Assembly (NCBI GenBank): GCA_023139575.1
Contig: JAGLNJ010000051.1
Span: forward strand, 5,926 to 69,925
DNA: 64,000 bases
DNA from: Candidatus Omnitrophota bacterium
GTDB lineage: Bacteria > Omnitrophota > Gorgyraeia > Zapsychrales > JANLHA01
Reading direction: 5' to 3'
Every line of letters begins with the position of its first letter. Position 1 is the first letter of the stretch. This document shows, one piece after another, positions 39,016 through 48,520 of this stretch. A program made the position numbers and the translations under genes. The notes under the pieces were generated by a model, which made no database searches, had not been told where the DNA came from, and saw only the letters and a list, made by a program, of their open reading frames with translations.

Positions 39016-40605
39016 ATGGAAAAAAGACTTTTTTTAGCTTTTGTGTTGTCCTTTTTTATTTTGTTTACTTGGAATAAAATGTTTCCCCAACAAAAGAACG
39101 GGGAAATTGTTACTAAAGAAATTATAGAAGAAAAAGCGGATTTAACAATTCCTCCTCCGCTCCCGATTATTGAAAGAAAAGAAGAACGACTATCTTTTTT
39201 AGGTAATGAAAAAATTGAGATAGAGATAACTAATCTTGGAGCAAGTATCAAAAGCGTTAGATTAGCTGAGTATAATTCAAATCTGCCTATAACTGAAATT
39301 AACAGCCTAAAACAATATAAAGATGTGACTTTTATAGAAACTTATAAGACTGCCAATAAAATTATATTCCAATACAAAGCTAATGATATAGCAATTTCTA
39401 AATCATATGAGCTCGACGGATATTTGGTTAAAACGGACACTCGAATAGAAAATAGCAGAGAAATGTCCATTGAAGAAAAAGTTGAAATACAAGCCTTTAA
39501 ATTGGACATTTCCAGATTGGACAAAGAAGGCATTAACCCTCGAGATAAAATGCTTCAAGAATATTCTATTGCCAATGATCTTCAAATATATCGAAAAAAG
39601 AACGCATTTAAAATTAGTAAAAAAGATTATAGAGTTGAAATAGATAATATTAATTGGATTGGTTTTAGAAACAGGTATTTTTGTGCAATATTAATGCCAC
39701 AGTATAATATAGAAAAATATGAAATTATTCCTATAGAAAACCAAGAGTTGTCCATTACTTTAAGCGCAAAAACCGAAAAATTAGGTCAAATTGATACACA
39801 AGAGTATCAAAATATAATATACTTTGGGCCACAAGACATCAATGTGTTAAAAAGTTACGATTTAGGCTTTGAGCGCATCATAAATTATAAGATTGGAGGC
39901 TTTTTTGATATTATGGCCTTCGGACTTACTGACTTTGTTGCCAAAATCATCCTGAGATATTTGAATTTTTTAAACAAAATTATTGATAATTTAGGTATAG
40001 CAATCATTATTTTAGCAATTTCAATATCGGTTGTGACATATCCATTTACGCATAAAAGCATGATGTCAATGAAGAAAATGCAGGCAATTCAGCCAAAGTT
40101 GAGCAAAATAAGGGAGCAATATAAGAATAATCCCCAAAAATTAAATAAAGAGATGATGGAGTTGTATAAAGAAAACAAGGTGAATCCATTTGGAGGGTGC
40201 TTACCAATGCTTTTTCAAATGCCCATTTTTATTGGGCTGTATCAAGTTCTTTGGAGATCCGCATCTTTGAAAGGGGCGAGTTTTTTATGGATAAAAGACC
40301 TTTCAGAACCAGATAGGCTTTTTATATTAAATAATACGCTTCCAATAATTGGCAACGAGATCAATATTTTGCCTATTTTAATGATGATAGTTATGTTTTT
40401 TCAGCAAAAAATTTCATCAAAAAACATGGTTGTCGCCGATCCGCAACAGGCGCAACAACAAAAAATGATGATGATGTTTATGCCGTTGATGATTGGTTTT
40501 ATCTTTTATAAATTTGCTAGCGGTTTGGCGCTTTATTTTACCACGTTCTATATATTGTCCACTCTGACGCACTTGAGAATGTCCAAAATAAAAAAGGCTG
40601 TTTAA
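39016..40605 (+). CDS. yidC: Membrane protein insertase YidC
   Basis: 529 aa; N-terminal TM, periplasmic domain, C-terminal 60 kDa IMP core NPFGGCLPMLFQMPIFIGLYQVL. Confidence 0.9.
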   Translation: MEKRLFLAFVLSFFILFTWNKMFPQQKNGEIVTKEIIEEKADLTIPPPLPIIERKEERLSFLGNEKIEIEITNLGASIKSVRLAEYNSNLPITEINSLKQYKDVTFIETYKTANKIIFQYKANDIAISKSYELDGYLVKTDTRIENSREMSIEEKVEIQAFKLDISRLDKEGINPRDKMLQEYSIANDLQIYRKKNAFKISKKDYRVEIDNINWIGFRNRYFCAILMPQYNIEKYEIIPIENQELSITLSAKTEKLGQIDTQEYQNIIYFGPQDINVLKSYDLGFERIINYKIGGFFDIMAFGLTDFVAKIILRYLNFLNKIIDNLGIAIIILAISISVVTYPFTHKSMMSMKKMQAIQPKLSKIREQYKNNPQKLNKEMMELYKENKVNPFGGCLPMLFQMPIFIGLYQVLWRSASLKGASFLWIKDLSEPDRLFILNNTLPIIGNEINILPILMMIVMFFQQKISSKNMVVADPQQAQQQKMMMMFMPLMIGFIFYKFASGLALYFTTFYILSTLTHLRMSKIKKAV

Positions 40606-40606
40606 A

Positions 40607-40804
40607 ATGAATAAAAAAACAAAAAGCATTGATGTTGAGGGCTCTACGGTAGAAGAGGCAATCAAAAAAGCTTTGGATATATTAAATGTCACAAAAAATG
40701 ATATAGTGGTTAAAGTAGTCTGTGAAGAGAAGAGGGGCTTGTTTGGTATGGAGGGGGCAAAGCCAGCCAAAATAAAGGTCAGCCTCAAAGAAAATGATAA
40801 TTAA
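40607..40804 (+). CDS. Jag_N-domain-only protein (KhpB/Jag N-terminal homolog, 65 aa)
   Basis: IDVEGSTVEEAIKKALDILNVTKNDIVVKVVCEEKRGLFGMEGAKPAKIKV matches the Jag N-terminal domain. Position after yidC is conserved, but the KH/R3H domains are absent. Confidence 0.5.
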   Translation: MNKKTKSIDVEGSTVEEAIKKALDILNVTKNDIVVKVVCEEKRGLFGMEGAKPAKIKVSLKENDN

Positions 40805-40859
40805 TTAAAAAAACACTTGCTTTGTTTGTAAAAAAGCGGAAAATAAAATGTAGGCAATA

Positions 40860-40875
40860 GATTTCACGTGAAAAC
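40860..40875. promoter_or_regulatory. parS-like palindrome 1 (gATTTCACGTGAAAAc)
   Basis: Core TTTCACGTGAAA matches the canonical parS tGTTTCACGTGAAACa at 12 of 16 positions; directly upstream of parA. Confidence 0.5.
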
Positions 40876-40895
40876 ATTGCCTAACAAAAAATAAT

Positions 40896-40911
40896 AATTT
40901 CACGTGAAAAG
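40896..40911. promoter_or_regulatory. parS-like palindrome 2 (aATTTCACGTGAAAAg)
   Basis: Second copy of the same palindromic core 36 bp downstream, overlapping the parA 5' end. Confidence 0.5.
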
Positions 40912-40927
40912 CCCTTTTAAAGAAATT

Positions 40928-41794
40928 ATGGCCAAAATAATTTCAATCTGCAATCAAAAAGGTGGTACGGGTAAAACCACTACCGCCGTAAATCTTTCCT
41001 ACGCACTATCACAACATAATAAAAAAGTTCTCATGGCAGACACGGATCCTCAAGGAAACGCGACCAGCGGGATCGGTATAAATAAAAGTGTTATTAATAA
41101 ATCTATTTATGACGTCTTATTAAATAAATGTTCAATAAAAGACTCAATTGTCGAAAAAGCTTATGAAAATTTAGATGTGTTGCCATGTAATATTAACTTG
41201 ACCGGAGCAGAAATTGAGTTAGTAGGGGCGCTGTCGAGGGAGACACGGCTAAAAAAGGCTTTATCATCTATTTCTGAAGAGTATGACTACATCTTTTTAG
41301 ATTGTCCGCCATCTTTAGGTTTATTGACGCTGAACGCTTTGGTGGCCAGCGATGGGATTGTTATACCGATACAATGTGAGTTTTATGCTTTAGAAGGGGT
41401 TTCTCAGCTTCTTAATACCATTAATTTGGTTCGTGACGGTCTTAACCCAGAGTTAGACATTGAAGGTGTTTTGATGACGATGGCAGATTATAGGACTAAT
41501 TTAACTACGGAAGTTATTAATGAAATTAAGAGTTATTTTAAAGATAAAGTTTATGATACTATTATACCTAGAAATATAAAATTGAGTGAAGCGCCGAGTT
41601 TTGGGAAGCCGATTATGCTTTATGACCATAATTCCATTGGCGCTAAGAAATACACACAGTTGGCATTAGAATTCTTAGGGGCCAAGATAGAAGATCCTAA
41701 CAAGTTGGAAGAAAAGAACATGCAAGAAATCCCACAAGCCGACATCACTGAAGTACCCGTAAATCCAGCTTCAGAAGAAGCCACGCCCACTTAA
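40928..41794 (+). CDS. parA: Chromosome partitioning ATPase ParA/Soj
   Basis: MAKIISICNQKGGTGKTTTAVNLSYAL (deviant Walker A). The ATG at 40928 fits ParA N-termini; the track ORF starts at a GTG at 40904. Confidence 0.9.
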   Translation: MAKIISICNQKGGTGKTTTAVNLSYALSQHNKKVLMADTDPQGNATSGIGINKSVINKSIYDVLLNKCSIKDSIVEKAYENLDVLPCNINLTGAEIELVGALSRETRLKKALSSISEEYDYIFLDCPPSLGLLTLNALVASDGIVIPIQCEFYALEGVSQLLNTINLVRDGLNPELDIEGVLMTMADYRTNLTTEVINEIKSYFKDKVYDTIIPRNIKLSEAPSFGKPIMLYDHNSIGAKKYTQLALEFLGAKIEDPNKLEEKNMQEIPQADITEVPVNPASEEATPT

Positions 41795-41820
41795 AAGAAC
41801 TTTAAAACCAGGAGCAATAA

Positions 41821-42681
41821 ATGGAGCATCGAGCTTTAGGAAAAGGGTTATCTGCTTTGATACCAGATAATTTCACCCTTAATGAAAATAAAGCCATCAC
41901 CCAGTCCATCGCTTATGTAAAAACGGAAAGAATAAAAGATTCCTCGTTGCAGCCACGAAAGAATTATGATGAAGAAAAGTTGGATGGGTTAAAGCTATCT
42001 ATTCAAGAAAAAGGGGTGTTACAGCCAATACTTGTTAGAAAAAGGGGGGATGATTATGAAGTTGTGGCTGGAGAAAGGCGTTTACGGGCGGCTAGATCCA
42101 TAAATCTCGACGACGTGCCCGTCATAATCAAAGACGTTTCTAATGATGAAGCACTTGTTTTGGCATTGGTTGAGAATATTCAACGTGAAGACCTAAATCC
42201 GATTGAAGAAGCGCTGGCTTTTCAACGGCTGCTGGAGGATTTTTCTTTTTCACAGGATGTTATTGCTAAATCTGTAGGAAAGGACAGATCAACGATCAGC
42301 AATACTTTGCGACTTTTGAAATTGCCGGGAGATATTCAAAAGGCTGTTGTTGATGGGCGGATAGCAATGGGGCATGCCAGGACCCTTATTAACGTTGAAG
42401 ACATGAATGAACAGCAATTTTTATTTAATCAAATTATTTTGAAGGGGTTGTCGGTTCGTGAAATCGAAAATCTAACCAAAGGCAAGGCAAAGAGAAACCC
42501 TCGTCAGAAAAAAGTTAAGGAAGACGGGAAAGATCACGAAACGGTTTTAGTGGAAGAAGAATTGCAAAAATTTCTTGGAACTAAAGTTAGGGTTCAATCC
42601 CAGAGAAAAAGAGGAAAGATCACCATTGATTATTATTCTCATGATGATTTAAACAGGATCCTGAATTTAATTAAACAGTAA
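41821..42681 (+). CDS. parB: Chromosome partitioning protein ParB/Spo0J
   Basis: 286 aa; ParB box GERRLRAA, HTH ...QDVIAKSVGKDRSTISNTLRLL. Confidence 0.9.
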   Translation: MEHRALGKGLSALIPDNFTLNENKAITQSIAYVKTERIKDSSLQPRKNYDEEKLDGLKLSIQEKGVLQPILVRKRGDDYEVVAGERRLRAARSINLDDVPVIIKDVSNDEALVLALVENIQREDLNPIEEALAFQRLLEDFSFSQDVIAKSVGKDRSTISNTLRLLKLPGDIQKAVVDGRIAMGHARTLINVEDMNEQQFLFNQIILKGLSVREIENLTKGKAKRNPRQKKVKEDGKDHETVLVEEELQKFLGTKVRVQSQRKRGKITIDYYSHDDLNRILNLIKQ

Positions 42682-42830
42682 CATTATTATCTTCCTAAAG
42701 TTGCCTCTCATTTCATACATCAAGAACAAATTAATGTATATTGAAACATGATGATGCGTTATTCAGAAAACGTAAATTACGTAAACCATTGAAAATAAAA
42801 AATATACAAGCACAAAAAAGGACATTTATT

Positions 42831-43652
42831 ATGATAAAAGGGATGACGGGATATGGAACAGCGGGCGTTAATACGAACAAAATAAAAGGTGTTGTAGAAA
42901 TCAAAACGCAAAATCACCGCTATTTTGACACGGTTTTTTATTTGCCTTTGGGGTTTTCTTCGCTCGAAAACAAGATCAAGAATGCAATCAATGCGAAGAT
43001 CAAAAGAGGCAGAGTTACTTTTTCATTTAAAATTACTGAAAGATCAACACAGGCGATTGACCTTAACAAAGCGGCCGTTAAAAAATATTTGAGCTATGCT
43101 AAACAATTAAAAAAAGAATTTTCTTTGACGAGCGAGCTGTCTGTTGCGGACTTAATAAAATTGCCCGGAGTTGTTGAGGCGAAAGACACCTTAGTGACTC
43201 CCCCGCAAGTAGCTACATCGCTGGAAAAAGGTTTGGACACCGCGCTGAAAAGTTTGATAACGATGCGCGCGCGAGAAGGCAAGAGTTTGGCCAAAGATAT
43301 TAATGTGATATTGCAGGGAATGTTGCGGCAGGTGAGAATTATTCAGATGCGATCAAAGGCCTTGCTGAAAAAAAATAAGAAATTGATGAACATGGATGAA
43401 TTCCTTTCTTATCAAAAAGGGATCGACATTAGCGAAGAATTGACCAGGCTCAAACATTATATTGAAGAGTTCAAATTGCTTTTAAAATCAACAGTTAGCG
43501 TCGGAAAGAAGCTGGATTTTGTCGCCCAGGAAATGCAAAGAGAAACGAACACAATAGGTTCTAAGGTTCAGGATCGAATTATATCCAACGCAGTGATTAC
43601 AATAAAAAGCAAAATAGAAAAGCTTCGCGAACAAGCCCAAAACATTGAATAA
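42831..43652 (+). CDS. yicC: YicC family stress-induced protein (YicC_N + DUF1732)
   Basis: MIKGMTGYG... is the typical YicC start; C-terminal ...EMQRETNTIGSK... The track ORF begins 30 codons earlier at 42741. Confidence 0.7.
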   Translation: MIKGMTGYGTAGVNTNKIKGVVEIKTQNHRYFDTVFYLPLGFSSLENKIKNAINAKIKRGRVTFSFKITERSTQAIDLNKAAVKKYLSYAKQLKKEFSLTSELSVADLIKLPGVVEAKDTLVTPPQVATSLEKGLDTALKSLITMRAREGKSLAKDINVILQGMLRQVRIIQMRSKALLKKNKKLMNMDEFLSYQKGIDISEELTRLKHYIEEFKLLLKSTVSVGKKLDFVAQEMQRETNTIGSKVQDRIISNAVITIKSKIEKLREQAQNIE

Positions 43653-43668
43653 AAGCGGGAAAAGATTT

Positions 43669-44247
43669 ATGAAAAAGGGGAGAATCGTTATTATATCGGG
43701 GCCTTCGGGTTCAGGCAAAACCACTTTGCAGGCCAAGCTTTTGAAAAGCAAAAGGGTAAAAGGAAAGTTGGTTGAATCGATATCAATAACGACGCGGCCC
43801 AGACGCAAAGGGGAAAAGGATGGCCGCGAGTATTTTTTTGTAAGTGATAAAATGTTTCGTTATAAAAAAAGGGCGGGGCACCTGTTAGAATCTGAACAGG
43901 TGTTTCACTGTTTTTATGGGACTCCGAGAAAATATGTTTATGATCTGTTAAAAAAGGGCACGCATGTATTATTGGGCATTGATGTTAAAGGGGCCAGAAA
44001 GGTTAGGCTGCAATACCCGGAAGCCTTGATGATTTTTATTAAAACGCCTTCGTTAAAAGTACTGAAAGAACGGTTATTAAAGCGCAAAACCGAAGAACCA
44101 ACAGACCTTAAGATTCGTGTGGCCATAGCGAGCCAGGAATTGAAAGCGGCCAATCGATATGATTTTGTTATTATCAATAACGATTTAAAAAAAGCGTATG
44201 CAGAGCTTGAAAATATTGTTTGTAGAGAGCTTTTCGCTAAGAGATAA
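43669..44247 (+). CDS. gmk: Guanylate kinase
   Basis: GRIVIISGPSGSGKTTL P-loop, ...TTRPRRKGEKDGREYFFVS. Start chosen at the second ATG (MKKGRIVII); the track ORF starts at 43645. Confidence 0.85.
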   Translation: MKKGRIVIISGPSGSGKTTLQAKLLKSKRVKGKLVESISITTRPRRKGEKDGREYFFVSDKMFRYKKRAGHLLESEQVFHCFYGTPRKYVYDLLKKGTHVLLGIDVKGARKVRLQYPEALMIFIKTPSLKVLKERLLKRKTEEPTDLKIRVAIASQELKAANRYDFVIINNDLKKAYAELENIVCRELFAKR

Positions 44248-44389
44248 TTCTTTGCGCTGGCCGCAGGCAGGCTGCAAAAAAAGAACTTTGACAAAATCTG
44301 CGATATATGATATATATTCAGATTAATTATATAAGAAAATTTAAATTTATAATATTATTTGATCATCAATAAAATGGAGGTGTAGTGTA

Positions 44390-44641
44390 ATGGGATATCC
44401 GCCGTTGGAGGATTTGTTGCCGAAGTCGAATTTTAGCGTTTATAAACTAGTGCGCATGGCTGCGATAAGGGCCTTAGAGCTGGCTGATGGAAAGCCAAAA
44501 TTGATGGAAAGACCTTCGGGTGAAAAAACCCCGACAGTCGCTTTAGAAGAAATCAAGGCAGGGAGGGTTGTTTTGAAGGATGTGGCTGATCAGTTTAAGC
44601 CGGTAGAAACGCCAGAGGCGCTGGCAAAAAAAGAAAAATAA
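44390..44641 (+). CDS. rpoZ: DNA-directed RNA polymerase subunit omega
   Basis: 83 aa; SVYKLVRMAAIRALELADG is the RpoZ signature; conserved gmk-rpoZ linkage. Confidence 0.8.
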   Translation: MGYPPLEDLLPKSNFSVYKLVRMAAIRALELADGKPKLMERPSGEKTPTVALEEIKAGRVVLKDVADQFKPVETPEALAKKEK

Positions 44642-44665
44642 TTACGTTAAGCGTTCTTTAAACCT

Positions 44666-45214
44666 ATGGTCTTAAAAAATAAAAAAGTTGTTTTAGGCGT
44701 GACGGGAAGCATAGCCGCCTATAAAGCGCCGGACATTGTGCGGCGCTTACAGGATCAGGGGGCTGTTGTTTCTGTTATCATGACTAAAGAGGCTCAGGAA
44801 TTTATAACCCCGCTCACGTTTGAAAGTTTGACGCAAACAAAAGTTGGTCTTGATATGTTTGCCCGAAAAGAAGTTTTTTCATATATTCAACATATAAGAT
44901 TTGCTCAGGAAGCTGATATACTGCTTATAGCTCCGGCTACAGCGAATATAATAGGAAAGATAGCTTCTGGAATCGCTAACGATCTTTTAACATGCACAGC
45001 CTTGGCCGTGAAGGCACCGATTATGATCGCCCCCGCAATGAACGATGCGATGTTTCACAACAACATAGTTCAGGATAATTGTAAGAAATTAAAACAATAT
45101 GGCGTGAAAATAATCGATCCTGTTAAGGGACTCTTGGCTTGCGGGACAGAAGGCGAGGGGCATTTAGCCGAAGTAGATATAATAGTTGAAGCCGTAGAAA
45201 AAATATTTCTTTGA
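44666..45214 (+). CDS. coaC: Phosphopantothenoylcysteine decarboxylase-type flavoprotein (CoaC domain only)
   Basis: 182 aa; KKVVLGVTGSIAAYKAPDIVRRL...PAMNDAMFHN is the flavoprotein/HFCD fold. No CoaB synthetase domain follows. Confidence 0.7.
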   Translation: MVLKNKKVVLGVTGSIAAYKAPDIVRRLQDQGAVVSVIMTKEAQEFITPLTFESLTQTKVGLDMFARKEVFSYIQHIRFAQEADILLIAPATANIIGKIASGIANDLLTCTALAVKAPIMIAPAMNDAMFHNNIVQDNCKKLKQYGVKIIDPVKGLLACGTEGEGHLAEVDIIVEAVEKIFL

Positions 45215-45223
45215 AAATTTTGT

Positions 45224-45295
45224 GGCGAGGTAGCCAAGTGGTAAGGCGGTGGTCTGCAAAACCATTATTCACCGGTTCGAGTCCGGTCCTCGCCT
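45224..45295 (+). tRNA. tRNA-Cys (anticodon GCA)
   Basis: GGCGAGGTAGCCAAGTGGTAAGGCGGTGGTCTGCAAAACCATTATTCACCGGTTCGAGTCCGGTCCTCGCCT; acceptor GGCGAGG/CCTCGCC, anticodon loop CTGCAAA, T-loop GGTTCGAGTCC. Confidence 0.8.
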
Positions 45296-45389
45296 TTAAT
45301 AAAAGGTCAGATGTAAGAAGCCATGGGTTAGCAATAGAAAGTATTGAGATAAACTGAACACGACCCATAGACTAATGAAAGCTTTTATT

Positions 45390-45472
45390 GGGCAAGTGGT
45401 GGAATGGCATACACGCAGGACTTAAAATCCTGTGACCGGAAGGTCGTGTGGGTTCGACTCCCACCTTGCCCA
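45390..45472 (+). tRNA. tRNA-Leu (anticodon UAA) with long variable arm
   Basis: GGGCAAGTGGTGGAATGGCATACACGCAGGACTTAAAATCCTGTGACCGGAAGGTCGTGTGGGTTCGACTCCCACCTTGCCCA; loop CTTAAAA. Confidence 0.8.
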
Positions 45473-45627
45473 TAACATAAATGAACAGCGGGAAAAGGAC
45501 GCCGGCTCAAAGAACAAACGCACTAAACATTTAGATTGGGCGCTTAGCTCAGTTTCAGCCGGAGGCTGATCCGCCTCTGGCGGAGGTTAAAGAAGCTTGC
45601 TCATATCGTGATTCAAAAAAGGTTCGT

Positions 45628-45701
45628 GGGCGGTTAGCTCAGTTGGTTAGAGTGTCACGTTGACATCGTGAAGGTCACAAGTTCGAGTCTTGTACCGCCC
45701 A
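45628..45701 (+). tRNA. tRNA-Val (anticodon GAC)
   Basis: GGGCGGTTAGCTCAGTTGGTTAGAGTGTCACGTTGACATCGTGAAGGTCACAAGTTCGAGTCTTGTACCGCCCA; anticodon loop TTGACAT. Confidence 0.8.
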
Positions 45702-45799
45702 TTTTATTTCAACCAAAAAGGACATCTTAATACTTAAATGAACGGCCGCAGAAAAAAACGCAATAATTTTTTATATCCTGCAGGCCATCTTTTTAATAT

Positions 45800-47536
45800 A
45801 TGGATTACAAAACAGACATAGATAAATTAAGACATTCCTGCTCGCATGTTATGGCCCAGGCGGTAAAAAAACTGTGGCCGGAAGCGAAGGCGGCTATTGG
45901 TCCAGCCATTGAAACTGGTTTTTATTATGATTTTGAAAAGGAAGAACCATTTACCAATAAAGATTTAAAGGCCATTGAAAAAGAAATGCGCAAGATTATT
46001 TCCAAAGGGCATAGTATTACGCAGGTCTTTATGCCTCGCCAGGAAGCCATCAATTTTTTCAAAAAGACGGAGGATGATTATAAGCTTGAACTGATTGAAG
46101 GCATTTTAGATGAACAGATTTCTATATATAAAACAGGCGAAGAGTTTTTTGATTTATGTAAAGGGCCTCATGTTGAAAGCGTTTCAGAGATTAAGGTTTT
46201 TAAATTGTTGTCCGTGGCTGGCGCCTATTGGCGAGGGGATGAAAAAAACAAAATGCTGCAGCGTATTTACGGAACGTGTTTCGCCAGCGATGAGGAGCTG
46301 AAGGCCGATTTGAAAATGCGTGAGGAGGCGGAAAAGCGAGACCATAGAAAGCTTGGAACGCAGCTGGATCTGTTTCATATTTACCATGAAGATGCGGGGG
46401 CGGGTTTGGTTTTTTACCACCCTTCGGGAGCTTTGTTGCGCAAGATTATTGAGGATTACACAAAGGAAAAACATCTAAACAGCGGTTATGAAATGGTCAT
46501 GACCCCGAATATCTTAAAGGGTAAGCTTTGGGATAAAAGCGGCCATTCTGATTTCTATCGAGAAAACATGTATTATTTTGATGTGGACCAGGAAGAGTAT
46601 GCTGTTAAGCCCATGAATTGCCCCGGGCACATGCTTATTTATAAAGCGCATCTTCATTCTTATAGGGAATTGCCCATTCGTTTTTTTGAATTAGGAACAG
46701 TTTATCGCCAAGAAAAGGCTGGCGTGTTGCATGGCCTGCTGCGTGTGCGGGGTTTCACGCAAGACGATGCACATATTTTTTGCACACCCGAGCAATTAAA
46801 GGATGAGATTAAAAGCGGTTTGGATTTTGTGTTTTCCACGATGGAAGATTTTGGTTTTGAGTCTTGGGATATTGAAGTCAGCACAAAACCGGAAAAACAT
46901 ATTGGCGCTGATGAAAATTGGCAGAACGCCACAGATACCTTGGAAGGCGCTTTGAAGGAAAAAGATATAGATTATCAAATCAATGAGGGTGACGGAGCGT
47001 TTTATGGACCGAAGATTGATATTAAATTAAAGGATGCGATTGGCCGGTCCTGGCAATGTGCGACTATTCAATGTGATTTTTCTTTGCCGGAGCGGTTTGA
47101 CTTAACTTATGTGAATGAAGAAGGCCAGGCTGTTCGGCCGATTATGATTCATCGGGCGGTGTTTGGGAGCGTGGAACGGTTTATTGGGACGTTGATCGAG
47201 CATTATGCGGGCGCTTTTCCTTTATGGCTTGCGCCCGTTCAGGTTGCCGTTATTCCTATAAAAGATGAGAACCAAGAATTTGCAAATCAAGTAAAAGACA
47301 ATTTACAAAAGAATGGCATAAGGGTTATAATTGATGCAAGAAATGAGAGCTTGGGAAAACGCATTCGGGAAGGAGCCGTTAAAAAGATTCCTTACCTGCT
47401 TGTTATCGGAGATAAAGAGGTTGAAACACAGCAAGTAGCTGTACGTAAAAGAATCGTGGGTGATCAAGGCGGCTTGACGGTTGAAGCGTTTTTGAAACAA
47501 TTGCAGCAGGAAATAGAGACAAAAACGCTTAATTAA
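45800..47536 (+). CDS. thrS: Threonyl-tRNA synthetase (lacking N-terminal TGS domain)
   Basis: 578 aa; begins at the editing/SAD region HSCSH; class II aaRS motifs ...FRGE/ ...GPKIDI...; C-terminal anticodon-binding domain. Confidence 0.9.
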   Translation: MDYKTDIDKLRHSCSHVMAQAVKKLWPEAKAAIGPAIETGFYYDFEKEEPFTNKDLKAIEKEMRKIISKGHSITQVFMPRQEAINFFKKTEDDYKLELIEGILDEQISIYKTGEEFFDLCKGPHVESVSEIKVFKLLSVAGAYWRGDEKNKMLQRIYGTCFASDEELKADLKMREEAEKRDHRKLGTQLDLFHIYHEDAGAGLVFYHPSGALLRKIIEDYTKEKHLNSGYEMVMTPNILKGKLWDKSGHSDFYRENMYYFDVDQEEYAVKPMNCPGHMLIYKAHLHSYRELPIRFFELGTVYRQEKAGVLHGLLRVRGFTQDDAHIFCTPEQLKDEIKSGLDFVFSTMEDFGFESWDIEVSTKPEKHIGADENWQNATDTLEGALKEKDIDYQINEGDGAFYGPKIDIKLKDAIGRSWQCATIQCDFSLPERFDLTYVNEEGQAVRPIMIHRAVFGSVERFIGTLIEHYAGAFPLWLAPVQVAVIPIKDENQEFANQVKDNLQKNGIRVIIDARNESLGKRIREGAVKKIPYLLVIGDKEVETQQVAVRKRIVGDQGGLTVEAFLKQLQQEIETKTLN

Positions 47537-47562
47537 AAAAAATTTCTTAGTGTAATTAAGCC

Positions 47563-48135
47563 GTGAAAAAGGTGAAAAGAAAAACTTTTTCACGCAGAAA
47601 ACAGGAGGTGGTTCTTATTCAAAAAAACATTAGAATTAACGAGCGCATCAGAGTCCCAGAGGTTCGCGTTATTGGCGCCAATTCAGAGCAGTTAGGCGTC
47701 GTGGTTCTTAAAAGAGCCTTGGAATTGGCACGCGAAAACAGTCTTGATTTGGTAGAAGTAGCTCCAACCGCTAAACCGCCGGTTTGTCGTATTATGGATT
47801 TCAGTAAGTATAAATATGACCAAGAAAAAAAGGAAAGGCGGGTTAAAAAGGCCCAGAAAATTACCCATTTAAAGCAAATAAGGATTAAGCCGCATATTGA
47901 TGAGAATGATTACCAGATTAAGCTTAAGCAGGCGAAGATGTTTCTTGATAAGAAGGATAAGGTGAAAGTCAACCTGTTCTTCAGGGGCCGGGAGGTCGCC
48001 TTTCGGGCTCAGGGAAAGAGGATTTTAGACCGCTTTGTTGAAGATATTTCTGACGTGGGGCAGACTGAAAAATCTGCTCAAATGGAGGGTCGGATCATGT
48101 CGCTCATCCTTACGCCTAAATCTGAGAAAAATTGA
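47563..48135 (+). CDS. infC: Translation initiation factor IF-3
   Basis: INERIRVPEVRVIGANSEQLGVV... is typical of IF-3; conserved thrS-infC-rpmI-rplT order. The true start may be a non-ATG codon. Confidence 0.85.
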   Translation: MKKVKRKTFSRRKQEVVLIQKNIRINERIRVPEVRVIGANSEQLGVVVLKRALELARENSLDLVEVAPTAKPPVCRIMDFSKYKYDQEKKERRVKKAQKITHLKQIRIKPHIDENDYQIKLKQAKMFLDKKDKVKVNLFFRGREVAFRAQGKRILDRFVEDISDVGQTEKSAQMEGRIMSLILTPKSEKN

Positions 48136-48316
48136 AAAACGGATAAAAAAGAATAATTGACATAAAAGCGTTTATCCTTTAACATATATGCTCTTATTTT
48201 AAATTTTAAAGTAATGGAGCAATTTTTCAAAAGCATGACGAAAACCGCGTTGAATAAACGACAAAGAAATTTTATTGATTTGTGAAGGGTAGAGATGTGA
48301 AAGAGAGGTAAAGGAA

Positions 48317-48520
48317 ATGCCGAAATTGAAAACAAATCGGTCTGCAGCGAAACGATTTAAAATAACAAAATCCGGAAAAATCAAAAAGCGCAGTGCCGGC
48401 AGAGGACATATTTTAGGTAAAATGGCCCGTAAGCGAAAACGCAAGTTGCGCCAGAGCAGTTATCTGTCAGATGCGGATGAAAAAAGGATAAGGAGGTTGC
48501 TGCCCTATGGTGCGAATTAA
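48317..48520 (+). CDS. rpmI: 50S ribosomal protein L35
   Basis: MPKLKTNRSAAKRFKITKSGKIKKRSAGRGH is an L35 signature. Confidence 0.9.
   Translation: MPKLKTNRSAAKRFKITKSGKIKKRSAGRGHILGKMARKRKRKLRQSSYLSDADEKRIRRLLPYGAN

Noticed and set aside
45539-45627. Possible fourth complete tRNA in the tRNA cluster
   Set aside because: It has a tRNA-Val-like 5' acceptor and D-arm but no complementary 3' acceptor strand or T-arm. It cannot form a cloverleaf and is reported as a fragment instead.
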